64,000 nt of DNA from Spirochaetales bacterium. Its GTDB lineage: Bacteria; Spirochaetota; Spirochaetia; UBA9216. Below, piece after piece: positions 9,724 through 20,275 of this stretch. Location of the stretch: positions 377,451 through 441,450 of the forward strand of contig JAEKNX010000002.1 in NCBI GenBank assembly GCA_016839055.1. The letters run 5' to 3'. Position 1 is the stretch's first letter; each line of letters opens with the position of its first letter. Below the pieces are notes generated by a model. That model had not been told where the DNA came from and did no database searches. It saw only the letters and a program-made list of their open reading frames with translations. The position numbers and the translations under genes were made by a program.

Positions 9724-10019
9724 AAGGATATCAGAGAAGCTACCTTACAAAGCTGTCTCACGAAATTAATCCTTCGGTTATGCTCGGCACTAAGGGGCTG
9801 ACAGAACCGCTTATCAGACAGACCGAAGAGGTCATCGAACATCATGAACTCATTAAAGTGAGATTTGTTGATTATAAAAAGAGCCGGGAAGAACTATCAC
9901 TCGAGCTTGCGAAGGCCGTCGATGCTCAGCTTGTCAGGGTGATAGGAAATATCGCAATTCTTTACCGGATGGCGAGAATCCCGGAACATCGGAAAATCAG
10001 AATACCCACAAATAAATAA
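9714..10019 (+). CDS. YhbY/CRS1-family RNA-binding protein (ribosome assembly).
   Basis: 101 aa. GYQRSYLTKLSHEINPSVMLGTKGLTEPLIRQTEEVIEHHELIKV is characteristic of the CRM/YhbY domain. Confidence 0.7.
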   Translation: MELKGYQRSYLTKLSHEINPSVMLGTKGLTEPLIRQTEEVIEHHELIKVRFVDYKKSREELSLELAKAVDAQLVRVIGNIAILYRMARIPEHRKIRIPTNK

Positions 10020-10172
10020 TTGAGGCTATTGTGAACAAAGTTCAGGATTTCTAAAAATCAGGGATTGAAATCTACGATTTTTTTGAAGTTTCAACCTTGG
10101 ATTTCGATGAAGTTTTTCGATGACTTATTGTTTTATAAGATTTTAACTTATTATTGTTGAAAATATTTCGAA

Positions 10173-10227
10173 GGCTCTGGTGAAAAACAAACGATTTTTA
10201 CCAGAGCCTCAGGTGCTGTTTTTTATT
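10173..10227. terminator. Putative intrinsic terminator between convergent genes.
   Basis: GGCTCTGGT...ACCAGAGCC stem followed by a T-run (gctgttttttattt). Confidence 0.4.
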
Positions 10228-10289
10228 TACGTTGTATATAAATATTGGCAATCAATTATATGCTTCCTCGGGGAATCGGGGTATTTTAC

Positions 10290-10793
10290 CTACTGATTAT
10301 CGTATTCCAGAATTTTCTCATCGACATATTCCAATATTATTCCGGCCTTTTTGAACATTTTTTCTGATTCCTCACCGGCGTGGTACTTACTCTCGCAGAC
10401 AACTCTTATGATTCCGCAGTTGATTATAAGCATCGCGCATGTGCGGCAGGGCGTCATTCGGCAGTAAAGGGTAGCGCCGTCAATGCTGATTCCGAGCCTT
10501 GCAGCCTGGCAGATCGCATTCTGTTCGGCGTGTACCGTCCGCACGCAGTGCTGGGTTGTTGAGCCGTCCTCATGTGTCATTTTTTTCATCTGGTGGCCTA
10601 TGTCATCACAATGAGGCAGCCCCCTGGGAGAGCCAACGTAGCCGGTAACCAGAATCTGTCTGTCACGCGCTATGACGCAGCCGCTTCGGCCCCGATCACA
10701 GGTTGCCCGTTTGGATATTGCGTTTGCAGTCTCCATGAAATATTCATCCCAACTGGGCCGCTTGTATTTTATTTCAGACATTTTCATCTCCAT
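10290..10793 (-). CDS. dCMP deaminase (ComEB-type cytidine/deoxycytidylate deaminase).
   Basis: HAEQNAI and PCRTCA zinc-binding motifs (HxE ... PCxxC). The start is placed at MEMKMSEI (10793), because the longer ORF overlaps pfp. Confidence 0.8.
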   Translation of the reverse strand: MEMKMSEIKYKRPSWDEYFMETANAISKRATCDRGRSGCVIARDRQILVTGYVGSPRGLPHCDDIGHQMKKMTHEDGSTTQHCVRTVHAEQNAICQAARLGISIDGATLYCRMTPCRTCAMLIINCGIIRVVCESKYHAGEESEKMFKKAGIILEYVDEKILEYDNQ

Positions 10794-10926
10794 ATCGGGC
10801 TTTGCTGTTAATTTATAATATATTAAAAGCATCTGAATAGGAATATTTATTAATAAAAAATCATCATGGAGAAAAAAGAAAGGGCTGCGGTGCGGCAGCC
10901 CTTTCTTATCAGAAGTTCCAAGCGTT

Positions 10927-12582
10927 CTATTCATGCTCGAGTTTAAGAGTAACAGTGGGAGCATTGCAGATCTCATCCGGGCCATAGTACTGGATGGCGC
11001 CGGGGTATCTGAAACTTGTCTTTTCAGCCCATTTTTTTCTCGAAGATGCAAATGTTTTAAAGGGAGTTTTGTCCATTTCTACCAGGGCTTTCTTTATGAC
11101 CGGTTTATTCCTGCCGTGCCTGACTTCAAGGTTCATCATCATCGTAACGGGAATTCCTCCCGCAATCCATTCGGAGGAAGGTTTAGAAAGGTTTTTAACT
11201 GAAGACATATAGCCGGAAAGACCTCCGGAAATCAGTATGAATGCTGTATAACCGAGGCCGTAACAATAATCTGCATCAAAATTGGATGGAAATGCGCACC
11301 GTCCCTCGTATCCGAAAAAATGATGCTGATGGCTGAACAAGCCGGAATATTTTCCTTCACTCTTGAGTTCGGCAAGTTTAGACTCAACCATATCTATTAA
11401 AAGTATTTCGGTCTCAATTCTCGATACCTGGACATTCCCGTGCGGATCCCTGTCCATCAGCAGCTGTCTCTGGATATTGCTCGGGAGAGATGAGAATGCA
11501 TAGGAAGAGTCTTTAGATAAATTCTTGTTTATCCATTCTGCCTGATCTTCGAAGGTGTGGAGGGTATTGTAGTAATCCCCTTTTTCGGCGAGCATATCAT
11601 TCACTTCGCTTATAAGCATTCCCATCTCGGGGATAAACTCAATCAGCCCCTCGGGAACCAGCACAACTCCGAAATTCTCATTATTTGCCGCACGTTTAAC
11701 AACGATATCGGCAATATTATCTACTATTTCTGATAGGCTTGTCCTGTTCTTTTCAACCTCTTCTGAGATAACAGCATAGGTCGGTTGGGTCTGCAGGGCA
11801 CATTCAAGGCAGATATGTGATGCCGAGCGTCCCATAAGCTTGATGAAATGCCAGTATTTCTTTGCTGAATTAGCGTCGCGCTGTATATTGCCGATGAGTT
11901 CGGAATAAGTTTTGGTTGCGGTGTCGAAGCCGAAAGATGTCTCGATATGCTCATTCTTCAAGTCTCCATCGATGGTTTTAGGGCATCCTATTACCTGGAC
12001 GCCGGCATCTTTTGACTTAAAATACTCGGCAAGCATGGCCGCGTTGGTATTGGAGTCGTCTCCGCCTATTATTACAATTGCTGTGATATTATTCTTGCGG
12101 CAAACCTCGAGGCTGGTATTGAACTGCTCTTCGGACTCCAGCTTTGTTCTTCCCGAGCCGATGATGTCGAATCCTCCGGTATTTCGGTATTCTGCGAGAT
12201 ATCCGGAAGTTATTTCAATTTTTTTATCTTCTACGAGGCCTGAGGGGCCGCCTAAAAAGCCGTAAAGTTTGGAATCGGGGTTACCAGCCTTGATTCCGTC
12301 AAATAATCCGGCAATTACGTTATGCCCGCCGGGAGCCTGCCCGCCGGAGAGAACTACTCCAACATTGATTATCTTAGAAGCATCGGCATTCGGGCCTTCA
12401 ACAAGCCTTGTTATCGGCATTCCATATGTACTTGGAAACATTTCCTTAAGGGCTGCCTGATCGGATATTGATTCAGTAGCCGTGCCTTTTTCAATACAAA
12501 TGCTTCCGACATCCTTTTTAAGAATTTCAGGTAGACGCGGCATGTATTTATACCGATCCCTTTGCAGTGGTGATAGATCCAT
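10927..12582 (-). CDS. pfp: Diphosphate--fructose-6-phosphate 1-phosphotransferase (PPi-dependent phosphofructokinase).
   Basis: 551 aa. [10 protein letters not shown] and PKTIDGD motifs. The length and N-terminal extension are typical of long-type PPi-PFK. Confidence 0.8.
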   Translation of the reverse strand: MDLSPLQRDRYKYMPRLPEILKKDVGSICIEKGTATESISDQAALKEMFPSTYGMPITRLVEGPNADASKIINVGVVLSGGQAPGGHNVIAGLFDGIKAGNPDSKLYGFLGGPSGLVEDKKIEITSGYLAEYRNTGGFDIIGSGRTKLESEEQFNTSLEVCRKNNITAIVIIGGDDSNTNAAMLAEYFKSKDAGVQVIGCPKTIDGDLKNEHIETSFGFDTATKTYSELIGNIQRDANSAKKYWHFIKLMGRSASHICLECALQTQPTYAVISEEVEKNRTSLSEIVDNIADIVVKRAANNENFGVVLVPEGLIEFIPEMGMLISEVNDMLAEKGDYYNTLHTFEDQAEWINKNLSKDSSYAFSSLPSNIQRQLLMDRDPHGNVQVSRIETEILLIDMVESKLAELKSEGKYSGLFSHQHHFFGYEGRCAFPSNFDADYCYGLGYTAFILISGGLSGYMSSVKNLSKPSSEWIAGGIPVTMMMNLEVRHGRNKPVIKKALVEMDKTPFKTFASSRKKWAEKTSFRYPGAIQYYGPDEICNAPTVTLKLEHE

Positions 12583-12709
12583 AGTTTCTTACTCCTTTTA
12601 TATGTCTGGTCAAAATATATAAAAAAAACGGGAATAGCACAAGATTGCATAGATATAACCAAATTAGAAAAAAGGTGGAAATTTGTGCTTAAATATTATA
12701 GTTTTAATT

Positions 12710-13942
12710 ATGGCTTTATATAAAATTGAAAATAATATTCAGAAATATGCCTGGGGTTCGGTTACATCTATACCGGAACTTCTGGGTATTCCGAATCCGG
12801 ATAAAGAACCTATGGCTGAGCTCTGGATGGGGGCTCATCCGAAGTCTCCATCACTCATAGTAAGCGGCGGGGTAAAGACTCCGCTTAATGATTTCATCGC
12901 CTCGGATCCCGACAGAGTTCTGGGGCAGCAGACAAGCAGGCGCTTTGCCGGAAGGTTTCCCTTTCTTTTTAAAGTCCTTGCCGCGGGCAGTCCGCTTTCC
13001 ATTCAGGCTCATCCCAGTATCGAGCAGGCTGTAGCCGGCTTTGCCAGGGAAAATGCCGACGGGATAGAGCTCGATGCTTTTAACAGGAATTATAAGGATG
13101 ATAACCACAAGCCCGAGATTATCTGTGCACTTACCGACTATAGCGCTATGCGGGGATTTCGTGAGCCGGCGGAAATTGCCAGGAATTTTAGAAAGCTGGG
13201 CGCAGGTGTACTGGAGGTTGTCTCTGACAACTTATATAACAGCAGCCCGGAGAATTCGGAAACCGTTCTCAGGGAGTTCTTTTCTGTTTTGATGAACCTG
13301 AACCGCGGCGACATGGCGGAAATTATTGAAAAGGCAATTGACCATTCCTGCGGCAGATGGTCCGAAAGAGGCAACGGGCTCGAGACTGAGGCATTCTGGA
13401 TAAGGCGGCTTGCAAAGCTTTATCCTGGGGATATTGGGATTATCAGCCCGCTTTTTCTTAATATCATAAACCTGAAGGAGGGGCAGGCTATGTATCTTCC
13501 AGCCGGAGAACTGCACGCCTATCTCGAAGGATTGGGAATCGAGCTGATGGCTAACTCTGATAATGTCCTTCGCGGCGGACTCACCTCCAAGCACATTGAT
13601 CTGCCTGAGCTGCTGTCTACTCTCAAGTTCACCTCAGGCGCGCCTGAGGTCCTCGAGGCTGTAAGGATTACAGATTATGAGTCAGGCTACCTCACGCCGG
13701 CGCCGGAGTTCTTTCTTTCGAAGATTGAAATTACCGGCGGCGAATACAAGCCGCCAACCGGAGCAAACGAACCGGGGCTTCCGGCGATAATGATCTGCAC
13801 CTCGGGGACAGTTGAGTTTGCCGATGAGGATGGGAACCAGCTCTCTATAGGAAGAGGTGAGTCGGTGTTTGCGGAATACGGAAGCAGGATGAAAATAAGT
13901 GGCGACGGAGTACTCTTTCGGGCATCGGTGCCGGGGGCTTGA
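12710..13942 (+). CDS. manA: Mannose-6-phosphate isomerase, class I.
   Basis: YAWGS...ELWMGAHPK N-terminal signature and QAHP motif (LSIQAHPS) of type I PMI. Confidence 0.8.
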   Translation: MALYKIENNIQKYAWGSVTSIPELLGIPNPDKEPMAELWMGAHPKSPSLIVSGGVKTPLNDFIASDPDRVLGQQTSRRFAGRFPFLFKVLAAGSPLSIQAHPSIEQAVAGFARENADGIELDAFNRNYKDDNHKPEIICALTDYSAMRGFREPAEIARNFRKLGAGVLEVVSDNLYNSSPENSETVLREFFSVLMNLNRGDMAEIIEKAIDHSCGRWSERGNGLETEAFWIRRLAKLYPGDIGIISPLFLNIINLKEGQAMYLPAGELHAYLEGLGIELMANSDNVLRGGLTSKHIDLPELLSTLKFTSGAPEVLEAVRITDYESGYLTPAPEFFLSKIEITGGEYKPPTGANEPGLPAIMICTSGTVEFADEDGNQLSIGRGESVFAEYGSRMKISGDGVLFRASVPGA

Positions 13943-14406
13943 TGAGAATATTTGTTGATGCCGACTCATGCCCGCAGATTGTCCGCGGGATAATTTCACG
14001 GGCCGCGGAGAGAGAGGGGCTTGAATGCGTCTTTGCCGCTAATCGGAATATTCCTCTGCCCGAGAATGATTTTCTAAAAATGGTTATAGTCGAAGAGGGC
14101 GAGGGTGTAGCAGATCAGTATATTATCGATAACTCGACAGAGGACGATATTGCTGTTACCCGGGATATTCCTCTGGCGGCCGAACTAGTCGAGAATAAGG
14201 TGGTTGTCTTAAATGATCGCGGTGAGGTTTTTACCCCGGAAAACATCAGGCAGCGGCTGTCAATTCGAAATGTAATGAAGGATTTCCGGGATTCAGGTAT
14301 AATGCCCGATGCTGACAACAGCTTCGGACGAAAGGAAATTCAGCTCTTCGCCAATGCCTTTGACCGGGAACTCAGAAAGTTAATAATAAAGACTAAGGCT
14401 GTTTGA
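13939..14406 (+). CDS. YaiI/UPF0178 (DUF188) family protein.
   Basis: MRIFVDADSCP N-terminus typical of the YaiI family. 4-nt overlap with manA. Confidence 0.6.
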   Translation: MMRIFVDADSCPQIVRGIISRAAEREGLECVFAANRNIPLPENDFLKMVIVEEGEGVADQYIIDNSTEDDIAVTRDIPLAAELVENKVVVLNDRGEVFTPENIRQRLSIRNVMKDFRDSGIMPDADNSFGRKEIQLFANAFDRELRKLIIKTKAV

Positions 14407-14468
14407 ATTGCGGATAATTCTACTATGCCATCGCCTTATATAAATCCAAATTCCCGTGGCCAAGTTAA

Positions 14469-15854
14469 TTAAAATTCCGCGCTGTGAACTGTTCTTGGAA
14501 ACGGAATTACGTCCCTGATGTTCTGCATTCCGGTAAGGTACTGGATGAGGCGTTCGAACCCTAGTCCGAAACCGGCGTGGGGAACCGAGCCGTAACGCCT
14601 GAGATCGAGATACCACCAATAGTCCTTTTTATCAAGGTTCATCTCCTCCAGTCTGGCAGTTAATCTGTCGAGGCTGTCCTCGCGTTGTGAGCCGCCTATA
14701 ATTTCCCCGAGGCGGGGAACCAGGACGTCCATAGCGCGAACTGTTTTTCCGTCATCATTCATCTTCATGTAGAAGGCTTTGATTTCCTTTGGATAATCGG
14801 TGACTATAACCGGTCCGCCGAAGACTTTCTCGGTAAGAAATTTTTCGTGTTCCGACTGAAGATCCGCTCCCCATGACGGCTTGAACTCGAAACTTCCTGT
14901 GTTCTTTTCGAGTTCCCTGACCGCTTCGGTGTAGGTGACTCTGTGGAAATCAGAATCGACTACGGATCTCAGTGATTCGACAATGCCCTTTTCGATAAAT
15001 TTATTGAAAAGATCCATATCTTCGGCACAGTTCTCCAGAACATATTTAATAACATATTTGATGAAGTCTTCGGCAACGTCCATGTCTCCGTCGAGGTTGC
15101 AGAATGCCATCTCCGGTTCAATCATCCAGAACTCGGCAAGATGACGGGCGGTGTTTGAGTTCTCGGCCCTGAAGGTAGGCCCGAAGGTGTAAACATTTGA
15201 ATGAGACATGGCGTATATTTCGGCTTCGAGCTGGCCGCTTACGGTAAGGGAAGCCTGCTTTCCGAAGAAATCCTTGCTGTAATCTACCTTGCCATCTTCC
15301 TTTGGTATATTATTCAGATCGAGGGTTGTTACCTGAAACATCTCTCCGGCGCCTTCACAATCGCTTGCCGAGATTATCGGAGTATGGATGTAGAAAAAGC
15401 CTCTCTCCTGATAGAACTTGTGAACTGCGTAGCTGGCGGCGCTCCTGACCCTTGTTACCGCGCCGAGCGCGTTGGTTCTTGGCCGCAGGTGAGCAATTTC
15501 CCTGAGGAATTCGAAAGAATGACGTTTCTTCTGAAGCGGATAACTGTCCGCCGGCGCTTCTCCCAGAAGTCTGATCTCGGCTGCCTGAAGCTCTACCGGC
15601 TGGTTCTGGCCCGGAGATTCAACGAGGATGCCGTCAACCTCGACACCTGCCCCTGTGGTGAGTTTGGAAAGAAGTGCTTCGGGATTATATTTTTCCTTAT
15701 CAACAATAACCTGAAGGTTTTTCAAGCATGATCCGTCGGAGAGCTCGAAAAAACAGACGTTTTTTGAGTCGCGGCGGGTTCTAACCCAGCCTGAAACTGT
15801 TCGGGATTTCTCCTCTGGTTTCATTGCAAGTATTTCTTTTATAGATGGTCTCAT
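14469..15854 (-). CDS. asnS: Asparagine--tRNA ligase.
   Basis: 461 aa. N-terminal OB-fold. Class II motifs (FRAE, GLGFERL) and the C-terminal PFPRT. Confidence 0.85.
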   Translation of the reverse strand: MRPSIKEILAMKPEEKSRTVSGWVRTRRDSKNVCFFELSDGSCLKNLQVIVDKEKYNPEALLSKLTTGAGVEVDGILVESPGQNQPVELQAAEIRLLGEAPADSYPLQKKRHSFEFLREIAHLRPRTNALGAVTRVRSAASYAVHKFYQERGFFYIHTPIISASDCEGAGEMFQVTTLDLNNIPKEDGKVDYSKDFFGKQASLTVSGQLEAEIYAMSHSNVYTFGPTFRAENSNTARHLAEFWMIEPEMAFCNLDGDMDVAEDFIKYVIKYVLENCAEDMDLFNKFIEKGIVESLRSVVDSDFHRVTYTEAVRELEKNTGSFEFKPSWGADLQSEHEKFLTEKVFGGPVIVTDYPKEIKAFYMKMNDDGKTVRAMDVLVPRLGEIIGGSQREDSLDRLTARLEEMNLDKKDYWWYLDLRRYGSVPHAGFGLGFERLIQYLTGMQNIRDVIPFPRTVHSAEF

Positions 15855-15939
15855 GTTATACTCCTGGAATATTGATATTATAGAATTAGCACAGTTCTGA
15901 TTCTAAGTCAAACTGAACTTATACAATAGGGGAAATATC

Positions 15940-16281
15940 TTGGGAATCCAGATTATCGGAACAAAAAAATGCCGGGAAACTCAAAAAACCGAGCGGTATT
16001 TCAAGGAAAGAAAAATTGCCTATCATTTTGTCGATTTAAGTCAGAGAGAACTAAGTCCGGGAGAACTGAAGAGCCTTATTACGACGCTCGGAGCAGACGA
16101 GTTGATTGATACCGGCTCGAAGTTGTATAAAAAAAGAGGTATGGAGTATATGGACTTTGATGCAATAGAAGAGCTTGCCGAACATCCGGATCTAATGAAA
16201 ATTCCAGTAGTTCGAGACGGCTCGAAGGCTGTAATAGGATGGGATCCGGAAAGCTGGAAAACACTGCTGGGTGTGGAATGA
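15940..16281 (+). CDS. ArsC/Spx/YffB-family thioredoxin-fold protein.
   Basis: 113 aa. N-terminal IQIIGTKKCRETQKTERYF, Cys near the N-terminus in an ArsC-like fold. Confidence 0.6.
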   Translation: MGIQIIGTKKCRETQKTERYFKERKIAYHFVDLSQRELSPGELKSLITTLGADELIDTGSKLYKKRGMEYMDFDAIEELAEHPDLMKIPVVRDGSKAVIGWDPESWKTLLGVE

Positions 16282-17516
16282 ATATGGTTGAAGTTAATTC
16301 AGAAATAGGACGCCTTGAGAAGGTAATCGTCCACTCTCCTGGGAAAGAGATTCAGGACATGACTCCCAAGATGGCTGAAGAGCTATTGTATAACGATATT
16401 ATACCTCTCTCTGTTGTCAGCGATGAACATGCCAGGCTTAAAAATATTCTCGGACGTGTAGCCGAAGTATATGAGTTTACTGATCTGCTTACCCAGTCGC
16501 TTGAGGATAAGGAAGTAAGAACCGCTTTCATAGACAGACTCATAACGGTCGCCAAAATACCGGAGAGAAGGGAAGAGCTTCTTGAGCTTGATCAGCTTGG
16601 CCTCGTGAGGGTAATAGTAACCGGACTGCCGGAGAAGAAATGCAGCCTTGAGAAGTATCTTTCGGGTCGGCAGTATGATATAAATCCTCTTCCCAACCTG
16701 TATTTCACAAGAGACGCGGCTATGGTCTTTGGAGATCAGGTAATTTCGGGTGCAATGGCCAATAGGGTCAGACAGGCTGAGTCGGAAGCCGCCGCCCTCT
16801 TTTTTGAGAATCATCCGGCTCTCGCTAATGACGGATTCATCCTCGAGGGGCACCGTAACGAGAACGGTAATCTGACAATTGAAGGTGGTGATTTTCTTGT
16901 GCTCTCGGAGGTTTGTCTGCTGATAGGTATTTCCGAGAGGACGACTCCGGCCTCGATAGATCATATAGCCCGGACGATAGGGAAAGACAAGCCGCTGACA
17001 ATCTTCGCAGTTGTGCTGCCGAGAGAGAGAGCGACCATTCATCTCGATATGATTCTGACCCAAATAAGCCGGAATGAGCTGATGATATACGAACCCTATA
17101 TAGTTGGAAATCAGAAACTTCGCTTCATAAAACTTGAGGTTAAGCCAGGACGGGAACCTGTAATTTCCGAAGTTCCTGATCTTCTGAAAGCTTTAAGGCA
17201 GGAAGGATTTGATATGAAACCGGTATTCTGCGGGGACGCCGATCCTGTTCAGCAGCAGAGGGAACAATGGCTCAGCGGTAACAACTTTTTCGCGATAGCT
17301 CCGGGGAAGATAATAGGTTATGCCTGCAATAATTACACTATGGATGCTCTAAGCCGGGCCGGATATGATATCAAGACAGATGATGATTTTCTCCTTCGAG
17401 GAGACTCGATAGACCGATATGAAAAGCTTGTAATAGGGATAAAAGGTGTCGAACTTGCCCGCGGCGGCGGCGGAGCCAGGTGTATGACCTGCCCTGTAAA
17501 GAGGCAGCCGCTTTAA
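16278..17516 (+). CDS. arcA: Arginine deiminase.
   Basis: N-terminal VNSEIGRLEKVIVHSPG and C-terminal GGGGARCMTCPV match ArcA hallmarks, with the catalytic Cys in the terminal RCM motif. Confidence 0.75.
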   Translation: MNMVEVNSEIGRLEKVIVHSPGKEIQDMTPKMAEELLYNDIIPLSVVSDEHARLKNILGRVAEVYEFTDLLTQSLEDKEVRTAFIDRLITVAKIPERREELLELDQLGLVRVIVTGLPEKKCSLEKYLSGRQYDINPLPNLYFTRDAAMVFGDQVISGAMANRVRQAESEAAALFFENHPALANDGFILEGHRNENGNLTIEGGDFLVLSEVCLLIGISERTTPASIDHIARTIGKDKPLTIFAVVLPRERATIHLDMILTQISRNELMIYEPYIVGNQKLRFIKLEVKPGREPVISEVPDLLKALRQEGFDMKPVFCGDADPVQQQREQWLSGNNFFAIAPGKIIGYACNNYTMDALSRAGYDIKTDDDFLLRGDSIDRYEKLVIGIKGVELARGGGGARCMTCPVKRQPL

Positions 17517-18292
17517 TGACAATAGACGGATTAAGGTATGCTGTCATAGGCAGCGGCTCCTCGGCGAACTCATATATCTTTGACTACAAAGGATATTCGT
17601 TCATTGTTGACAACGGTTTCTCATGCAAGCAGGCAATCGAGCGGGCACAGCAGCTCGGTTTCGATCCGGATAACGTGAAATATATATTTCTGACGCATTC
17701 ACATGATGATCATTTCAGGGGAATAGAGGTCTTGTCACGTAAGCTTAAGGCCCCGGTAGTACTTCACGCGGAGCTGAACCTGAACCGGAAGATCAAGAAG
17801 CACTTCTATAGGCGGAAGGACATAATGCCGGGCTGTTTCTACACCGAAGGCGATTTCCGCTTTAGGGCCTTTCAGACGTCTCATGATGCCGATTTTTCAT
17901 TAAGCTACCATTTTCAGCTCGGGCCGGCAGTCTTCACGATCATTACTGATACCGGAGTCGTTAGTATTGAGATGCTTGAGTTAGCCTCTCAATCCGATGT
18001 GCTTTTTTTGGAGGCTAATTATAATCAGAGAATGCTCGATGACGGGCCCTATCCGTATTTTCTAAAACAGCGTATTCTGTCTGACCATGGCCACCTGTCA
18101 AATACGGCCGCCCTCAGTTTTTTAAATGAAGTCGGGCAACGGGAGGACGCGAGGCTTAAGGAAGTATATTTCTGCCATCTCTCGGATACTAATAATTCAC
18201 CGGAAGTTCTCGCCGAGGATATCGGTCGTGAGCTCAAATGGAAGGGAAGTTGGGTAATCTGCCGGAAGGGACAGATGCAGCCTCAACTGTGA
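17516..18292 (+). CDS. MBL-fold metallo-hydrolase (YycJ-like).
   Basis: LTHSHDDH motif. The start overlaps the arcA stop as TAATG. Confidence 0.65.
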   Translation: MTIDGLRYAVIGSGSSANSYIFDYKGYSFIVDNGFSCKQAIERAQQLGFDPDNVKYIFLTHSHDDHFRGIEVLSRKLKAPVVLHAELNLNRKIKKHFYRRKDIMPGCFYTEGDFRFRAFQTSHDADFSLSYHFQLGPAVFTIITDTGVVSIEMLELASQSDVLFLEANYNQRMLDDGPYPYFLKQRILSDHGHLSNTAALSFLNEVGQREDARLKEVYFCHLSDTNNSPEVLAEDIGRELKWKGSWVICRKGQMQPQL

Positions 18293-18358
18293 GATTAGCG
18301 ACTGTGCGGTCGGTGGCGTATTGCAAAAAAGGGCCATAAAATATAAGCTTAGAACCTT

Positions 18359-19399
18359 ATGAAAAAGACAAACAACCTGCGCATCCTCACAGAGGAGCGC
18401 GCGATATCACCCAACGAACTGAAAAAAGAGTTCCCGATAACTGAAAACGGCAGCCTTACCGTTTTTAACAGCAGAAATATTGTTGAAGATATTCTTGAAG
18501 GACGTGACAACAGGTTCCTTGCAATTACAGGCCCATGTTCCATTCATGATGAGCATGCGGCGCTTGAATATGCACAGAAACTAAACGAGCTAAGGCTGAA
18601 GTATGAAGACAGAGTATATATAATAATGAGGGTTTATTTTGAGAAACCCCGAACAACTATAGGCTGGCGCGGCCTTATTATTGATCCTGAACTCGACGGC
18701 TCATACAATATAAATGAAGGGCTCCGTAAGGCGCGCAGGCTGCTTGTCAAGATTACAGACATGGGGCTTCCTACCGCAACCGAGGTTCTCGACCCGATTA
18801 TTCCTCAGTATATTGCTGATCTGATGAGCTGGTCGGCCGTAGGCGCGCGGACAACCGAGAGCCAGACTCACCGTAATATGGTAAGCGGGCTTTCGATGCC
18901 GGTAGGTTTTAAAAACGGTACGGACGGCAGTGTTGAAAAGGCTATTAACGCTATCGAATCAGCAAGAAATCCCCATAGCTTTCTCGGAATTGATGATGAC
19001 GGGCAGACCTGCATCCTGAGTACCAGCGGGAATGAGGCAACTCATCTGATACTGCGCGGCGGCATTGTCGGCCCGAATTATTATGAAGAAACAGTTGAAG
19101 AAGCTGAGGATCTATTTAATAATAATAATATTCATCCGGCTATGATTGTCGACTGCAGTCACGCAAATTCCGGCAAGAAGCATCAGAAGCAATTCAGGGT
19201 GCTCAGGTCTATTATTGAGCAGAAAAAACGGCATCCGGCAATTAAGGGCGTGATGATTGAGAGCAATCTTTTTGAAGGAAGTCAGCCGATCCTGAAGGAT
19301 ATTTCGAAACTGACATACGGTGTTTCGATTACCGATGAATGTGTGGGCTGGGATGTTACAGAAGAGATGATAGAGTACATCTGGTCTGAGCTCGGATAA
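18359..19399 (+). CDS. 3-deoxy-7-phosphoheptulonate (DAHP) synthase, class I.
   Basis: ITGPCSIHD and KPRT signatures. 346 aa, typical of AroF/G/H-type DAHP synthases. Confidence 0.85.
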   Translation: MKKTNNLRILTEERAISPNELKKEFPITENGSLTVFNSRNIVEDILEGRDNRFLAITGPCSIHDEHAALEYAQKLNELRLKYEDRVYIIMRVYFEKPRTTIGWRGLIIDPELDGSYNINEGLRKARRLLVKITDMGLPTATEVLDPIIPQYIADLMSWSAVGARTTESQTHRNMVSGLSMPVGFKNGTDGSVEKAINAIESARNPHSFLGIDDDGQTCILSTSGNEATHLILRGGIVGPNYYEETVEEAEDLFNNNNIHPAMIVDCSHANSGKKHQKQFRVLRSIIEQKKRHPAIKGVMIESNLFEGSQPILKDISKLTYGVSITDECVGWDVTEEMIEYIWSELG

Positions 19400-19416
19400 A
19401 CGGGAGGAGTTTGCGG

Positions 19417-19980
19417 ATGAAGAGAGTATTAGTATTTCTTGCGGACGGATTTGAGGAAGTAGAGGCGGTAACCCCGGTTGATTTTCTAAGAAGAGGCGGA
19501 ATTGAGGTTGTGATTGTCGGAATCGGCGGCGGGAGAATTACCGGCGGACATGGTATTGAGATTACCGCCGATATCAAACTTTCCGATCTCGGCCCCTCGG
19601 AAGCCGGGAGTGCCGATGCCCTGGTCTTTCCCGGCGGAATGCCCGGAGCGTCGAATCTTGCCGCCGAAGAGAGGGTTAATGTCCTTATTACCGATTTCAA
19701 CCGGCAGGGAAAGCTGATAGCCGCAATATGCGCCTCTCCTGCCGTTATTCTTGCCCCGACAGGGGTTCTTGACGGTCGCAGAGCAACCTGCTATCCGGGG
19801 ATGGAGAAAATGTTCGGAGACGGAACTTCTTTCAGTTCCGACAGAGTGGTCATTGACGGTAATATAATAACCAGCCGGGGTCCCGGAACGGCCATAGAAT
19901 TTTCCGCCGCCATTATAGGTTACTTTAACGGACCGGAGGCCAAAGCAGATGTTTTTGCTAAATCTCTGCAGAAGGAATAG
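19417..19980 (+). CDS. DJ-1/PfpI family protein.
   Basis: MKRVLVFLADGFEEVE N-terminus. Conserved nucleophile-elbow Cys (AICASP). Confidence 0.75.
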   Translation: MKRVLVFLADGFEEVEAVTPVDFLRRGGIEVVIVGIGGGRITGGHGIEITADIKLSDLGPSEAGSADALVFPGGMPGASNLAAEERVNVLITDFNRQGKLIAAICASPAVILAPTGVLDGRRATCYPGMEKMFGDGTSFSSDRVVIDGNIITSRGPGTAIEFSAAIIGYFNGPEAKADVFAKSLQKE

Positions 19981-20066
19981 CTGGAGTAATAGGTTTCTTG
20001 ACAAGCAATAGGTTTCTTCTTGAAAAAAAATCTGCTTTGAAGTATGATTAATACAGAGGTAAAAAA

Positions 20067-20200
20067 ATGTTAAAGAGGATTCTGACCGCATCAATCATTA
20101 TTCTTTTCGCGGGTATTCTTGTTACAATTTCGGCAAGAGAGTTGCCGGCAGTTTCGGTGGAGAACCCTCCCGTAAAAACAACAATCTTCCTGGGAAAATA
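20067..20200 (+). CDS. Possible 44-aa small membrane/secreted peptide.
   Basis: GAGGT Shine-Dalgarno 7 nt upstream of the ATG. Hydrophobic core (IIILFAGILVTISA). Followed by a GC-rich hairpin plus A/T run. Confidence 0.2.
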
Positions 20201-20275
20201 ATCATCAGCTAAATAAAAAAACGGCCGCCCCGAAATCAGGGCAGCCTTATCTATGTTAAATAATATTGTGAAAAC

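Noticed and set aside
10290-11051. 253-aa version of the dCMP deaminase ORF.
   Set aside because: The upstream 85 codons overlap the pfp gene on the same strand and contain no deaminase-like sequence. The internal ATG at 10793 (MEMKMSEIKYKRPSWDEYF) gives the expected size.
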